Assembly (NCBI GenBank): GCA_964035575.1
Contig: OZ037845.1
Coordinates: 682,001 to 746,000 of the forward strand
From: Rhynchopus sp. YZ270_cl-10
Taxonomy: Eukaryota
Length of the DNA stretch: 64,000 nt
Reading direction: 5' to 3'
A model generated the notes under the pieces. It ran no database searches. It saw only the letters and a list, made by a program, of their open reading frames with translations, and was not told the DNA's origin. The position numbers and the translations under genes are program-made. Positions 47,327-61,000 of this stretch are shown in pieces. Numbering within the stretch: position 1 is the first letter of the stretch; each line of letters begins with the position of its first letter.

Positions 47327-48629
47327 TTAGTACATACTCAACGCTTCGACAAGATTCTGCCTTTGCCCCCTGATGACAGCCATCTGCCCCTGGAACAGCG
47401 ACTCCGTCATGATCTGTAAACAAAAGAACATTGCGTTAAAGGGTGCGTACTAACACATACATCGTCGCCAAACATGATCTCGCGCATCTTCTTCTCTGTC
47501 TTCGCCATCCAGGAGGTGGAGTTCAGCTTCTCGAGGATGTGCTCTCTGATGACGCGGGTGAAGGCCTGCTTCCCCAGGGGGTGCGAGGACCAGCTGGGGG
47601 GGTATGTTCTCCAGTTGTCCGGATGCTGTAAAAGATGGCATTTTTTTTTTGTGTTTTTTAAAAAAATCATACTTTGTAAGGAAAGGCGAGACCGTTATCG
47701 ATAGCATGGATCTTCACTTTGGACCCTGAGGCTGGGGTGTGTGTCAGCCAGTTGTCAAGCCCGCGGTCGGTGTTGCGGGTCATGTAGTCGAGGCAGACGA
47801 GGCGTTGGAACTGGTCGAGGAGCGTTGCCTTTTGCTCTGGGGTCATGTTGTCGGAGTTGACGTTGCGGCCGTCGCCGTTGCATTCCACAAGGAGTTGCAG
47901 CGAGCCTGTCTTTTGCGGTAGACGCGGCAGACGCCTCTCAATGGCGTTGTAGTTAAACGCCTTTGCAGAGAACTTCACGATGCTTGTTGGGGGCACTACC
48001 CGCAAATCAAGCAACACATCCATCACAAACGCCGCCGCCTCCGACAGATACCCTGTATTCGGCAGCAAGCACGACCGCCCAAAGCAGCACGGACACATCA
48101 CACGATGCAGCCACTTCCCCCACTTTGGGTTTGCCGGGCCATATGGCTCCTCCGACTTTGGCTTGAAAATACCTACTCGGGTACCATGCTTATCAAACAC
48201 CCAGTAGCTTCCTGATGACCCTGCGACGACAAGCTCTGGGGGATGCTTGCCGGCCTCGATTGCGGCGCGGATTGACTCGACAATTGCGTCGTAGCGAGAC
48301 GCAGCGTCGTAGTACACGGAGTTGTGGTTGGGGAGGTCGATGGAAGGTGGCGGGCCGCTCCGTGTTGAAAGGAACGACAGACGGTTTGACAGAGACAGAC
48401 GACTGCGGTTCGGCAACCCCCCATCACGCGGAGTAGAATTGGTTGTCCCATCCCCATTCCCCAACAACGGTACATGATCCCCCAATCTCGGGTCATCAGA
48501 CGCACCCCCCGGCGAACGTCCCACCTGTGTATCCATATCCAACAGCGGCTCTGCAAGAGTCGTAACCTCACGCCCAACGCTCCTATTCAAACTGTGTCTC
48601 TGTGTAGACCCCCCTTCGCAATCTGACAT
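47327..48629 (-). CDS. PI4K2: Phosphatidylinositol 4-kinase type II, at least 3 exons (48629-47673, 47625-47461, 47413-47327)
   Basis: GSSGSYW, IFKPKSEEPYG, CPCCFGRSCL (palmitoylation motif), LDYMTRNTDRGLDNWL and AIDNGLAFP. Two 47-nt introns restore KHPDNWRTYP and QMAVIRGQRQNLVEAL. Extreme 3' end uncertain (another GTATGT at 47337). Confidence 0.93.
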
Positions 48630-49387
48630 GTACGACCCAACTGTGCAAGACCCCAACAAGCCCTCCGGTGTGGGCTTGTGGTGAGACACGATATGGGGGG
48701 GGAGAGGTGGAGGTGGAGGAGGAGGGAGGAGGTGAACAGAGTTCTACCGTGTTCTTCTGTGAGGTGGGAGAAGAAGTGTAAGAAGTGTAAGAAGTGAGAA
48801 GAGGTGGTTATTTTTGAGAATCGAAACTCGGCTCTTACAGTCGCCAACTAATCTTGATTATTCGACTAGAAAAGGGGGAAGATTATTTTCGTTGAACGCA
48901 GCCAAAAACAGTGTATGAGATCTGAATTTTTGGCGCAAGTGATTTTTAAAGGGAGGGAGAAAATAGTCGGTATCAGGCGATTAAACGTTGGCTTTATTAT
49001 TCGAGTTTCTAATAACACTACGTGTAAGGGAGAAAAAAAATGTTGCATTTTTTTTTGTTTCAGTTGGTACACGGTTGTGGGAGGTACTGTGTGGGGGGAA
49101 GGGGGGGGAAACTCACACCCAGTCAGAGGGATAGGTTTGTTGCCGAAGGGGGGGATGTGCGGCTTTTGTTTCTTGTGCAAACGTTCAAAGAAAATTTGAA
49201 TGCATATCTCTGTGTACACACATCTGAAAAGAATAAAAAAAAGGATGCAAGGCGAAATCTTTTAAAAAAGGGTAAAGATTGCATGAGCAGACGCAATATA
49301 GGTGTATGAGGAGATGGGGTGTGTTATTTGAGTAAGTGAAATGTGAAACCGCATATTTATGCGGACATGAATGGTGCTACCCACCAT

Positions 49388-49549
49388 GAATCGTCGCTTC
49401 ATGTGGTGCTATACGGGCGGGGTTTCACAGCTTTACACACATTTTCACAGCTCGCAACAACTTTCCACTATGGGGCATGGTGTATGAAAAGTTGTGAAAA
49501 GCGGTAAATCCCCGCCGCCCCCGTTTTGCACCACATGAAAGCGACATTC
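49388..49549. mobile_element. Degenerate palindromic element with TGGTG...CACCA core (49404-49533)
   Basis: Imperfect IR GAATCGTCGCTTCATGTGGTGC / GCACCACATGAAAGCGACATTC, with TTTCACA/TGTGAAA internal motifs. Boundaries ambiguous. Confidence 0.55.
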
Positions 49550-52500
49550 TTCCAGGACAATTTGATTGCTGAGCAGCCTATCTTCTTACATTCTCACATA
49601 AGATGGGGTAAGACGTCCCAAATCAGACAGAAGTGAAGTTATTTATGCAGACACCGACTGACCCACATACGATACCAGCCATCCAAATGAAAGCACAAGA
49701 AACACAGAATAAATGTCGGAACCTTTCTTTTTACCTCTTAACTCAAAGAGATCTATTGGCTGATCTATGATCGTCTCCGTGAGACCCGCAACAGGCTGTG
49801 AGAGCTTAGTATGAGAGTCTGTGAGAGCTTACTGAGAGCTAGTGAAAAAAAAAATCTCTCCCCGTTCATAGATCGCCCAATTATCAGACGTGTTATAAAG
49901 AACGACAATAAGATGTGTTTCTAAACTCTCCCCACATAATTGAAGAAGGGAGGAGAGGGTGGGATTTCCGCTATCGAGGTGACCAACGAACAAAACAAAG
50001 AGTCAAATAATGTTTTTGACCAGGAAAAAAAAAAAACAGACGAAAATTTTAGAGGAACAAAAAAACAAAAAACATAGCGGAAAAAAATGACAAACCCATT
50101 GGCGCAATAAAATAGAATCTGACTCCAGGATATGGCAACTGAATACAAAGAAAGGAAAATAAAAAAAACCAACTTTTTTCGTTTTTCGCTCTGCAAAATG
50201 TGTTGAGTTTTTCATTGTATGAGTGTGTGAGGTGTGGTAAAACAAAGTTGACTTGAAATACAAAGCCCTCTCGTGAACAGTGTACCTTGGTACAAATACT
50301 AGATGAAAAACAATTTTGCAGGCACGAATCGTCCGTCGATTATATTTCCTCTTGCCAAGGCTTGGAATAAAAAAAAACTTGAAATGAACCCTTAAAAGGC
50401 ACTTTTTTTTTTTGAAAAAGGGTGGGAATGTGAGGGAAATGAGTAACAAAACGGATTTTCAGAACTGAGCTATAACTGTGTGTTTTCTAAAACAAAAGCA
50501 AAGAAAACTTGATAGATGATGTGCTTCTTGAGCACACACATCTAAAAATGAAGTACGGGACAAAAAAAAACACCTGAAAAAGTTGTAAACGGGGTGTAGA
50601 CACATAGCCCATTGGCCCTCAATTGGCTCTGTGGCAAGGGTAAAAAAATACTTGAAAGATGAACTCTGTGCACATCAGAGGGGAAAAAATGGCACCGAAT
50701 ATCACCATTATTTGTTTGACTTTTTTTCTTCTTCTTTTTTTCAAGTGCGCTTTGAAATATTGATTTTGTTGCATCAGTCATTATTCTTGAAATTGGAGCC
50801 AACCAAATTCATTGATAACAACGATCCACAAAAAAAAATCATCACTTTCCAAAATAAGCGTATTTTTAATTTAACGAACGGGCCCTCAGTTTCTCTGCAC
50901 AAAGACTCTATCAGGGGATGTATGGAGAACAGTATAGCATTTACGATTTCACTAAATCCCAAAAAAACCCCCACCTGCATTATCACATTTTTTGCAACCC
51001 ACTTCAATCATGTACTCGCGACAACAGCGAGTTTGTAAAAAAATGTACTTTATTTTCAAAAAAAAAAAACAAATGTGTAGTTGAGAAACGTATGCACAGA
51101 CGCCTCTAGGGCGAGGCACTTTGTGGTGGGAACGGAAAATGAGCACATCAACAAACCCTGTAGTTTGACTTCTAGGGCGGCATAGGTTGGTTTGTGATGT
51201 AATCGAGATGCGAAAAAAGGGGGGAATTTTTTGTCAAAAAATTTGACAACGTGTAGACACTACCTTTGTGTGAATTCCACGCTTTTTTTTTTGCCAAGAC
51301 AAATTGCTAAGCCATCTCGGTGTTTAGCCATCCAGGTCGGGAGGAAAAAAAAAACTTGAAAGATGATCTCTTCAGCGGCGCACATATCTGAAAAAAAAAT
51401 AGGAAAAGAGAATTGTTGGAAAGATGACCCTAAGGACTAGAGTTCTTGGCCATCTTAAAAGACAGAAAGGAAACAACTAATATGAAAACGTACGAAGGTG
51501 GTAAGATTAAAAAAAAAAAAGTTCTACTCGGCCAAGTCTCCAAATAAAAATGAGAAAAAAAGGAAAATGCATAGTGCAAAACGCCTCCGGGACGCAGGCA
51601 CTGTTAAAAAAGAAGAAAAAAAATGGGGTGGTTTCTTTGTCTTTCAAAAAAGGCTCTAAAATATGAACCCCAAGAAAGAGAAAGAAAAATTCAAAGAAAA
51701 GAAGAAAAGAAGAAAAACAAGAAGAGACTGGCTGGCGTTTCTTTCCCTGTCATTTTTTTTAACGGAAGCACACAACAAGACATTTTTTGAGCAATATTCC
51801 AAGACATTTTACTCCAAAAAAATGCATGTCATGGAAGGAAAAAGAGAAGAAGAAAAAAAAAAAAAAAAAAAAAAAACACCAGATCACTCTCTCTGCGAAT
51901 TTGTTCAGAGCTATTCTGTGGTTTTTCGCTGAGGAGATAATACAGGTGTAGGGAGAGTCCTGATAAACAGGTAAGCGGCATTACCCGCCTTGCAAAAAAC
52001 GGTACACGTGTCTCTTTTTTTTTAATTTATTCACCCCTTCACCAGAGGTGAGTTCCGACTACTCAAATGACCCTTCAAAAAGGGGTTAGGATACTTCCTT
52101 TGCATGTCCCTCTATATTTATTTTTGCAGTTTTTTTTTGAAAACTTGGTTGTATTAGTGTAGCCACCCGAGGATGCACTCCTCCTATAATTTAATTTTTC
52201 TTTTTTTGCAGTGAATTTCCCACTCACAAAGACTATACTACACACTACTCTTGACAAAAAAAAGAGAACAGGTTTTGGTAAGACGACCCTAAGCCTCGTG
52301 TGGTTCACCTTGGTAAAAAAAAAAGGCACTGTCACTTTCTTTCAAATGAGACGAGGGTGGAATAACTGGGGGAGGGATGAAAGAGAACGGGGGAAAAGGA
52401 TGCCTTTGCGTGAACGGCAGAACCCATATCGTATGTTTGACAGATGAAAACAAATGAAGAAAAAAAAATGCAGATTTTTTATTTTTTTGTTTGGGAAAAC

Positions 52501-52768
52501 GAACGGTACCTAATAGGTGCACACAACATCCTTCCCTTCAGGGTACTACCACTCACATCGTTACAGGAAGACAGTCCATCAGCGTCAAAAAAAAAAGGGG
52601 GGGGATTGTACTACGCTTCTCATGCACATCCAAATCCAGAAAAAAACCCCCCAAAACCCCGAAAAAAAAATCCTCCCCTATAGATCATCATTGTACAGTG
52701 CTCCCAAAAATACCCAAAAATTTCTTCTTTCTCAGTGTTTTTACTCAAAGAAACACTATAAAAAAATA

Positions 52769-55700
52769 TCATTTTATCATTGCAACAGCACCGCGGTTGA
52801 AGCTAAAGACGGTTTGATCGTCTGTTCTAAGGTCTGTTCTGGATGGGTCGTAAGAATGCTGGTGGCAGAAGCGTTGTGCGGCGTCTCCTGCGGAACGGTC
52901 GCCCCAGTGGAGGACGTCGACGTGCTTGCCGAGCCATCTGTAGCGGAGGTTGAGGAACTCCTGGTCCCACTCTGGCACTCCGTACTGGATGCTTTCTTCG
53001 ATGAGCAGGTCGTGGTGTTCGTCCCTCTTTCCGTCGTGGCGTCTCTCCGAGCCCAGCTTCTTCATGCGCTTCCAACACTCCACACCCGTACCTTGGCTTG
53101 CGTACTGTGATACAAATATGTCGACCGTAATTTCACAGCTAATTTCGCTTTCTTGCTTGAGAAGGTGGAGAAGCGCTTCGATGAAACGGCGGTGGCCTTC
53201 CAAGGCTTTGACGACTGCGATGATGTGGATTTCGAGTTTGGCGTTTTCGCGTCCTGCGAAGGATTCGACGTAGCGGTGGAGCTTGGAGACGTTGCGACGG
53301 ACGGCGTCGTCGGGGCGGGTCAGAGAGAGGTTGAGGTCGTTCATGACTGCGGTGACGTTGTGCACCCCTTCGTACTCTCCGATGAGGAGGATACGCCCTG
53401 CACCGCCTTCGTCTAGAGGGACAATAGCCTCGGAGGCCTTCAAGCCGTATGGCCCTTTGACGCAGATCTTCTTGATGGACTCAGAGCTCATGAGAACCAT
53501 CTCGTCGGCGTTCTTCGTCCATTCGTTGCCAACCTTGCTGCAAGTGACCTGAATTCTGACTGTCTCGTCTTCAATTTCGGGTGCCGTCAATACTGCTCCA
53601 GGTTGCCAAGTGCCGTCAATAGAAGGCACCTTGACTTCAACATATTGTCCCGCCTGCTGACGCGCCATCTTCCCGCCTTCAGGTCTGCGTACCCGGAATT
53701 CCACTCCGCATGCATTTCCTCGGTGGGATTTGACAGTGTGGACCTCATCTGCGATGAATGTGGTGCTTGCCTTATAGCGTAGCGCGAACTCAGCAAACAC
53801 AACCAAGATAAACGGCGCGAGAAACACAATCGTCAGATATTCCCACTCAAACCAACCCTCCAATCCGTGGACCATGAACAGAGCGAGCAGAGGCACGTAC
53901 ATGAAGTGGCCCACCTTGAAGAGCAGGGAGTGCTGTGTGAGCAGGGTTGTGAACATGATGACCAGGAGCAGGAAGAACATGATACACCCGGTGATCACCG
54001 GGTATGTCTTGAGGATCTCTGTCTTCGAGATCTTCTCTTCGCCTGCTGTACCGAGCGACGTTCCAAGCACTGCATTGATCTCAGCGGCTGACCGGTCTGT
54101 CATAGTCTTCAACACATCTGCAGACGCAACAATATGCGCAATAGTCGTCAACAGCACCAAAACACCTAACGCAAGATGCCAATAAGACCTGCTGGTCTGC
54201 CCCCCATAAGTCTCCTGCAGCCTGAACGGGATGCGCGACAGCACGTTGTGGCACCCCGCCACCATCGCCAGCCCGAAAAACCAATTAATGTACATCCCGC
54301 TTGTGATGCAAACCCCAAGAGACCCACCAAAGGTGTTGCGTATAGCAGTACGCTCGATGAAGCGGAGGAAGAAGACCAAACCACCAAGCAGGATCACGGA
54401 CATAATAAAGAGAAGCACAACAAAGTAGCGTTTTGCCCAGCCGAGGAGCTGTTTTTTTGGGGGATGTTTTTGTGTGTTCTGCCAAAAAGAAAAAGACAAC
54501 AAAGGACATACCAACCGGATCCCAAACTCAGGCACCTCCGCAGGGTCGGTCTCGATCTTGGGGCGGATGTTCAGACACAGGTTGGCGTACATGCCCCATG
54601 CTTCTTCGGAGACATCGCCCTCTTGCTCCACGCCCTGTGGGTGGTTGGGGGGTGATGGGTGTAGGTGATGGGGAAGGGAGGATGCCAAGTGGTGTCTGTG
54701 TGCAGAAAGACATACCGGTGCAGTACGCAGTGACGTCCGCTTGAGATGCTTCTCCCCCAAGGGCTCCGGGAAGCGCACGATCATGTACCCTCTGTGCGGT
54801 GTGGGGTGTGTGTTGTGATGTTTGATTGCTTGACCTAAACGTAGAACATAAGACGATACTAACACATTGTTTAATGAAATGGATGACAATACAGGTTACA
54901 AAACATACCGTTGCCTAGGGTCTCTTTTCACTACAACACCCTTTTGGTCTCGGATTTCTTTGTTTTTGACGTCCTGGCAGATGACTTCGTGGCCGGGCTT
55001 GAAGTGGACACGGCCACCACGCTCTGTGGAGAGAAGCACTTGCGTCAGGACAAAACGGTGCAGGCCTTGACGCTTCATCTCTGCGAGGAGCACCTCGTCT
55101 GGGTGGTCTTCTGCTTCGGGCGACCACGTGTCCTCACGGAGGGCACGCTTGTAGTCACGCAGGAGACGCTGGTACATGACGTCCACCGTGTCCTGGTTGG
55201 CATACGCACTGTAGTCTGCCTCCTTCCGCAGCCACCCAAGCATGCGGTGTGTGTCGTCCATGCTCACATACTCAGCGTCTTTATCCCCAGAGCTGAACAT
55301 ATCAATCAACAAATCCACCTTGTCATCCGCGCAGGTCACTGGAGAAAAGATCAACAGATGCTCCAACAGCATTTCAAAGGTGACGACGGGTTTGTTGCAG
55401 CTCCCTGTCATCATCGCATCGATCTGTTCTGTGCCGACACGCACCGCATTCCCCATGACGCGTGCACCATCTGATGCGCGGGTGGTGAGAAGCAGTTCGG
55501 ATGTTTCCCCCTTCAAACCAAGAAGCTGCGAGGTGGTGGTCACCGCCTCGGAGAAGCAGTCGCCTTTGTGCTCGTCGTCTCCGTCGGCTATTGCGGATTC
55601 GATTGAATCCATCATTTTGTTGAGACCTTTGAGCACTGCGGGGGGGTATCCGAGACGGAGAAGGGCACGCACACGCGCTTCCGTACGTTCACTGTATGCA

Positions 55701-56347
55701 GTACGCGAAACTGCTGCCCAACGGCGGAATTTTTCAACATCCAGGTCGCCCCCTAATGTGTCCCGAATACACTGATCACGCGCCGCCTGCATCATACTCC
55801 TGATCTTCATGTTCTTCCATGCAGGCAAGGCCTCCAACACCTTCTCATGCGGCTTGAACATATCCCCAGCACCTCTGTCGAAGTACGGTGCCTCCTCCAT
55901 GCCCCCATCCCCTAACCCACCGTACTGGAAGCGCGACACACCACTCATGCTGGTCTTCGCTCCGACGGTCGGGCTGTACTGTGGGTTGTACAGTGGTCCA
56001 TCAAGGTCGGGGGCCTGCGGGGGGAGTCCTATACCGGGTGGACCTCCGTCGACAGTACGTTTGTTGGAAGAGCCTCCGAGGTTGAGGCCAAGGGGAGGGG
56101 GTTTATTGCTGAGGGGTGGTGTGGTGGGTTCCATAGCGCCAGGCCCGCTTTCGTGTCTATCTAAGTCGTCTCCGGATTTGATTGAGGTCGCCTTCGTCCA
56201 CGGTACACCAGGGGACGGCTGTTCCGCTGGTATGTCCATCGTGAATGCATCCATCTGCTCGGCCTCAAGTTCCATGTCAGCAGTCGCCCCTTCCTTCCCG
56301 ACACGCATATAGCCACTGCTCGAGTGGCGGCTGAGGTTGAAACTCAT
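52769..56347 (-). CDS. NOX/RBOH-like ferric reductase-family protein with degenerate EF-hand region, 4 exons (56347-54909, 54791-54716, 54634-54512, 54448-52769), 1105 aa
   Basis: EF-like VTFEMLL...DDKVDLLIDMFSSGDKDAEYVSMDD. Bis-His helices YWHLALG...IAHIV and VGHFMY...MVHGLE, then GQYVEVKVP and KGPYG. Three GTATGT...CAG introns give an intact frame. Confidence 0.85.
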
Positions 56348-58049
56348 AGTGTTAGTAGAGGGCTTTGTTTAAAAAAAAAGCTCGAAAGCCCCCTGGAGAA
56401 AAGGTTGAAGAGGAGAGGAGGGGAGGAGGGAGAGGGGGAGGGTTTATTAGATGATGGAGAGCAGTAATCAGTGTGTTATGAAGTGAAGTGGTTGTGTTCA
56501 AAAGAGGAGAGCAGCAACAATCAGACCTGTTGAGTTTGACATAATTTTTCAAGCCCCACCGAGGGTGCCGTGACTTTGTTGGCCACCTCTGGCCGAATGG
56601 TTGTGTTTTGTGCATCATGTTGTTGTGTGGAGACGGAAGTGTGCTCAGCAAGATATGTTAAGGTAGAAAGGTTTTGGTTTCAACAGCCGAGGCTTCAATC
56701 CAAATGCCAAGTTTATCATCATCGGGTGGAGAAAGGAGTGTGCTGTGCTGTGCTGTGCACAACAGCATGTGGTGGAGAGAGGAGCATCTGCGCCCACCTA
56801 GACTAGGGATAGAGCGCACATTACAGCACCTTCCCTGTGCGGGCGGCGGTTCAACTTCGCAAGAGACAGCAAGCAGAACGAACACACTAGGGAGTTCAAG
56901 AAAAAGAAGGGAAATCAAATAGCCACCAACTGATCTCTTTTATAAGACAAATGTGTGCATTATTTTTTCGTGGAACGCAACATTGCATGTAAAGGGGGGA
57001 ATGGGGAAAAGGGGGAGATGAGACGATGCAGGTTCTTCGTGGCGTTGGTAAAAGAGAGCATTTTCATCATATGCAATCAATAAATTGATAGTATATGAGG
57101 AGGGATCAACAAAAATGTTCCCAAGAGAGGAGGGTGTTTTATTGTCGAGTTTAGTGTGGAAAAAAAGGTTGAAATACAAAGCCTCTTGTGGCTGTGTATG
57201 GAAGAAAAAGAAAACTCGGAAAAAATACACCCAACGTCATAATATGCAAGAGAAGGCAGGAAATGGATCCTTGAGAACACATATTTAACGAAGAAAAAAA
57301 AGTTGGCTTGGAATAAGCCCTCTCGTGACAGTGTACCCAAAAAAAAGTGAAGTTGGTGCAATACAAACGCCTCTGAGGCTAGCAGGCACCGACACTCTGT
57401 GGGTTAAAAAAGGGGGTGATAAAGTAAGCAATAACATGCTTTGGTCACCTAGAGAAAAATCAGGCCACGTCAGAAAACGAAGAAAACTTGAAAAGGATGG
57501 ATGTTACTTGCAGCGCACACGCATCTTTAAACAATACTATTTTTTATACAAAGATTCAAGGTGTATGTGCGAATATAATTGTGGGGAAACGTGAAAGACG
57601 CAAACTTCTCGCAGTTTTGGGTAGAATTGAAAACCGGGGAAGGCACTTCATTGGTATTCGTAAAGAATGAAAAAGACAACATCTGCACGTCAAGTGCACG
57701 AGAAAGAACGGAAAATTAGATTCATATACTTTCAGTTCACAGAATTGAGTAATATGAATCTGGGGGAAAGTTGAAAAAGACGGGCCTGCGGGGGCGCACC
57801 CTCGCTATGTGGAGAAACTAAAGAATGCCCCCTTTTTTGGCAAATCTGGGGTGGCTGGCAGTCCTTTCAAAAAAAAAATAGTCACAAACGTATAACCACA
57901 CAAACCTCCACCTCCAACCCTCGAACTCGGCACTCGTTGTTCGCGGTTTGTTCAGATCCTCTAAGGGAAATCAAAATTTCTGTTTTTCATTTCATTTTTT
58001 TCGCATTTTTTTTGAAATTATTTGGGGGTAATAAACGCCGTTTGACCTA

Positions 58050-61000
58050 TCATGACCTAGAGGCAATCCACCACAACATATTCGTAACTGTATTCCCATC
58101 AGCAACACCATCAATTTGCAGTGCCAACTCAAAGCACGTCTTCACATAGTCACCCCCTAATGCTGCTAGGGACTGCAGTGCGTACGCCATCCAACCTTGC
58201 GCACAGCGTTTTCCAAGATTTTGTGTAGTTCCATTACAACGTGTATACGACGAAGGGAGATCCGTCCAAATGAGCGCTGGATCATAACCATGTGACACCG
58301 ACCCATTGCGTGCAGTATAATTCAATCTCTCTGTGAACATAGCCTGTTCCAGCCAAGGGTTTTCCACAAGCCCTTCTGTGATAGGTGAATACGGAAGCAT
58401 CTGGATCTGCATAATAAAAACCCGGTTAAACCAATGAATCTGTTCTAATGTCAAATCCTTTGGACAGTCCGCACCACTTCCTTTCTCCCATTGGCATATC
58501 CCATACGCAAAGAAGACTTGGTAATTCAATGCAGCGGTCCAAAGATTCCCGATCACACCCAACGTTGCAAAGCTCTCAGGTACCACATCAAGGCGGGTTG
58601 CAGGAAACCCTTTCTCCTCTGGCCCTACCATATGCCAGTAGTACTTAATGGAAACTGATTCGGAGAGGAGAGTCACCGCGCCTGCAGTTTGCAGGGATTT
58701 TGCTTCGTATGATAGGTCCGTTAGGCCTGCCTTCTGCATGGCATACCCCAAGAGGAAGAGACTGTAGTAGGCTTGCATGGCTTCAGAGGAGCTTTCTATA
58801 TTGGATGAAGTTAGCCCCGATGGAAACAAACCACGTGCCCAGGAATGCCCTGCGTACCAGTCAGAGTGATAGCGGAATTGTGTGAAATGGGGGTCATTGT
58901 TTTCATCAGGGTTTGCAATGTCACGTCCCCAGGCGAGGACGCGTTTGCTGACTAGGGTGAACCAATCTGAATCGGAGGAGTTCATTCCGCGGCAGGTGTC
59001 GTCGTCAAACCACATCCCTGCTTGCCCTGGTTTGGGTCCACTCTCTACCGCACCCCTCAACACGACGCTCACAGAGTAGAGGTAGTAACCATAGTGGAAA
59101 AGGTGGTCGTTATATCCACCAGAGCCGAAGTCAGGTTGGGTGCCGTTTCCTACCCAGGCTGGGCCAGGGTTGTGCAGGCCGTTGGTGGTGGGGAGGCCGC
59201 CCCAGGTTGTGTCGTAGGTTTGGATGCCGTTTCGGAGAGCCGAAGGGATGGGGAAGGTTTTGCCAACATAGGGGAAGTAGGGTGAAGTGGAGTGGCGTGG
59301 GTCCAGCCATTGGTTCAGCCTGCAGCGAACAAAATCGCGTCCAACCCGAGCAGTGTCCTCCTCTCCCAGCTCGTCTGCAATGAGAATGAGGCGTGCCACG
59401 ACAGCAACAAACTTCCCAAACGCATAGCAATCTGCGTTCAAATAAAGGAACGCGGGGGACCGCATGACCTCAGCGTTGTGCACCCCTGTCCAGTACGCCA
59501 TATCCGCCTTCAAGGAGGCGCGCACCACCTCAGAGTACTCTTCCTTCATAGGGTTGTCTGCGAAGAACGGATCGCTTTGTGCATCTCCCAAGGATGGGTT
59601 GAAGAATTCCTGTAGGGTGTGGGATTCATAGCGTTGAACATAGAAAGGTTGGTGAGACGAAGGTGGGGTGGGGTGAGGAGAAAGGGGAGAAGAGAAAGAA
59701 ACATACCCCCAAAGCACGTCCCATAACAGGGGATACACTGGCAAATGTGTAGAAGAGCTCCCAGATGTTGCCGAGGGCTCCGACTGCGACCCCGTTGGTG
59801 ACAGCGTATTTGATGGTCGGTAGGAGAGTCTGTGGGTGGTGGTTTTTGTTTTGACCAAAAAAAAACTTTCACTGTGTTTATTTTTCTGGGGGACTTTCCT
59901 CGCTTCTCAGTGCTCTGGTAGCTCCATGAGGAAAGCCAGATATACCGTGATATCGGTAGTGAACAAAAACAAAATGACATACGACATTCGTAAAGAGCTC
60001 CTGGTGGTGTGGCAAGGCAAGCATGAGAAGCGCCTCTCCAGAACAGCCTGGCACCATGCAGGCAGTGCCCCATTCGAAACGCATCGTCACCCCGGTCGCT
60101 GCTTTGAAGTACCTGTTTCGTAGGGTGGGATGTGAGGTTCGCTGGCTTACCAGAGAAGGCAGCTTTCTTTTTCGTTTTCTTTACAACATTTGAAAGACAT
60201 ACCTGACAGAGGACCCAGAAACGGTTGGATACACATTCGCAGCGTTGTCCAACCCTGTGGTGCTGACAATGGTTTTGCCTTCAGGCGGGATGGAGGTCCA
60301 GCGCTTTGAGAACTCACTAACGCCTTTGATGATGGGGAAACGCAGCACCTCGCTGACTGCCACCCGCAACACACACTCCGTACCACATGCAGAGGCAGCA
60401 GCCTCAGCAACCCAAGTCCCATTGTTATTTTCCACCGAAAACTCCATTTCCTTGCTCGCATACACGAGATACGTATACCACACCTCCTCGCCATTCGCAA
60501 TCGCAAAGACATATTTAAACACCCCGCTTGCCAGCTTCACACCTAATACCTTGGTACATTGTGTCGGGTTTGCTGTGCAATCCTTTCCGTTGACTTCTTT
60601 GATGGACGTTGTCGCAAAGACAAGCGAAGGTACTACCTCCCCCGCTGACCCATTCTGTGCAAACAACGCTGTCACGTAAGGCGATCCACGGGAAAGAATG
60701 AAGTCAACCCCACCACCCCCAGCCAGGGTGTATTGCAGCTGGACGGCAAAGCTGTTTTTGTCATAGTTCACAATCCGTTTTTGAGGAGGCGCAAAATGAG
60801 GTGACCCCTTCGTCGTCACAACACAGATCCGCTCTGTCGCTGCAGCAATGAGTTGCGGTGCGATCGAATCCGCTGTTTCCGACGGAATGTCACCTGCAAT
60901 ACCAGGATTTCCTCCATTAGCCGCTGTCAGATAAAGGGGTAGGGTCACTGATAGACCGTCATTTGCGGCAAAAATTGCGTACGGCGAAGTGTATACTGGC

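Noticed and set aside
47160..47337. Possible fourth PI4K exon with TGA read-through
   Set aside because: A 54-nt GTATGT...TTTAG intron would give LKCSMLPA*, but the downstream frame shows no convincing homology and runs into a family F repeat. TGA acts as a normal stop in other genes here.
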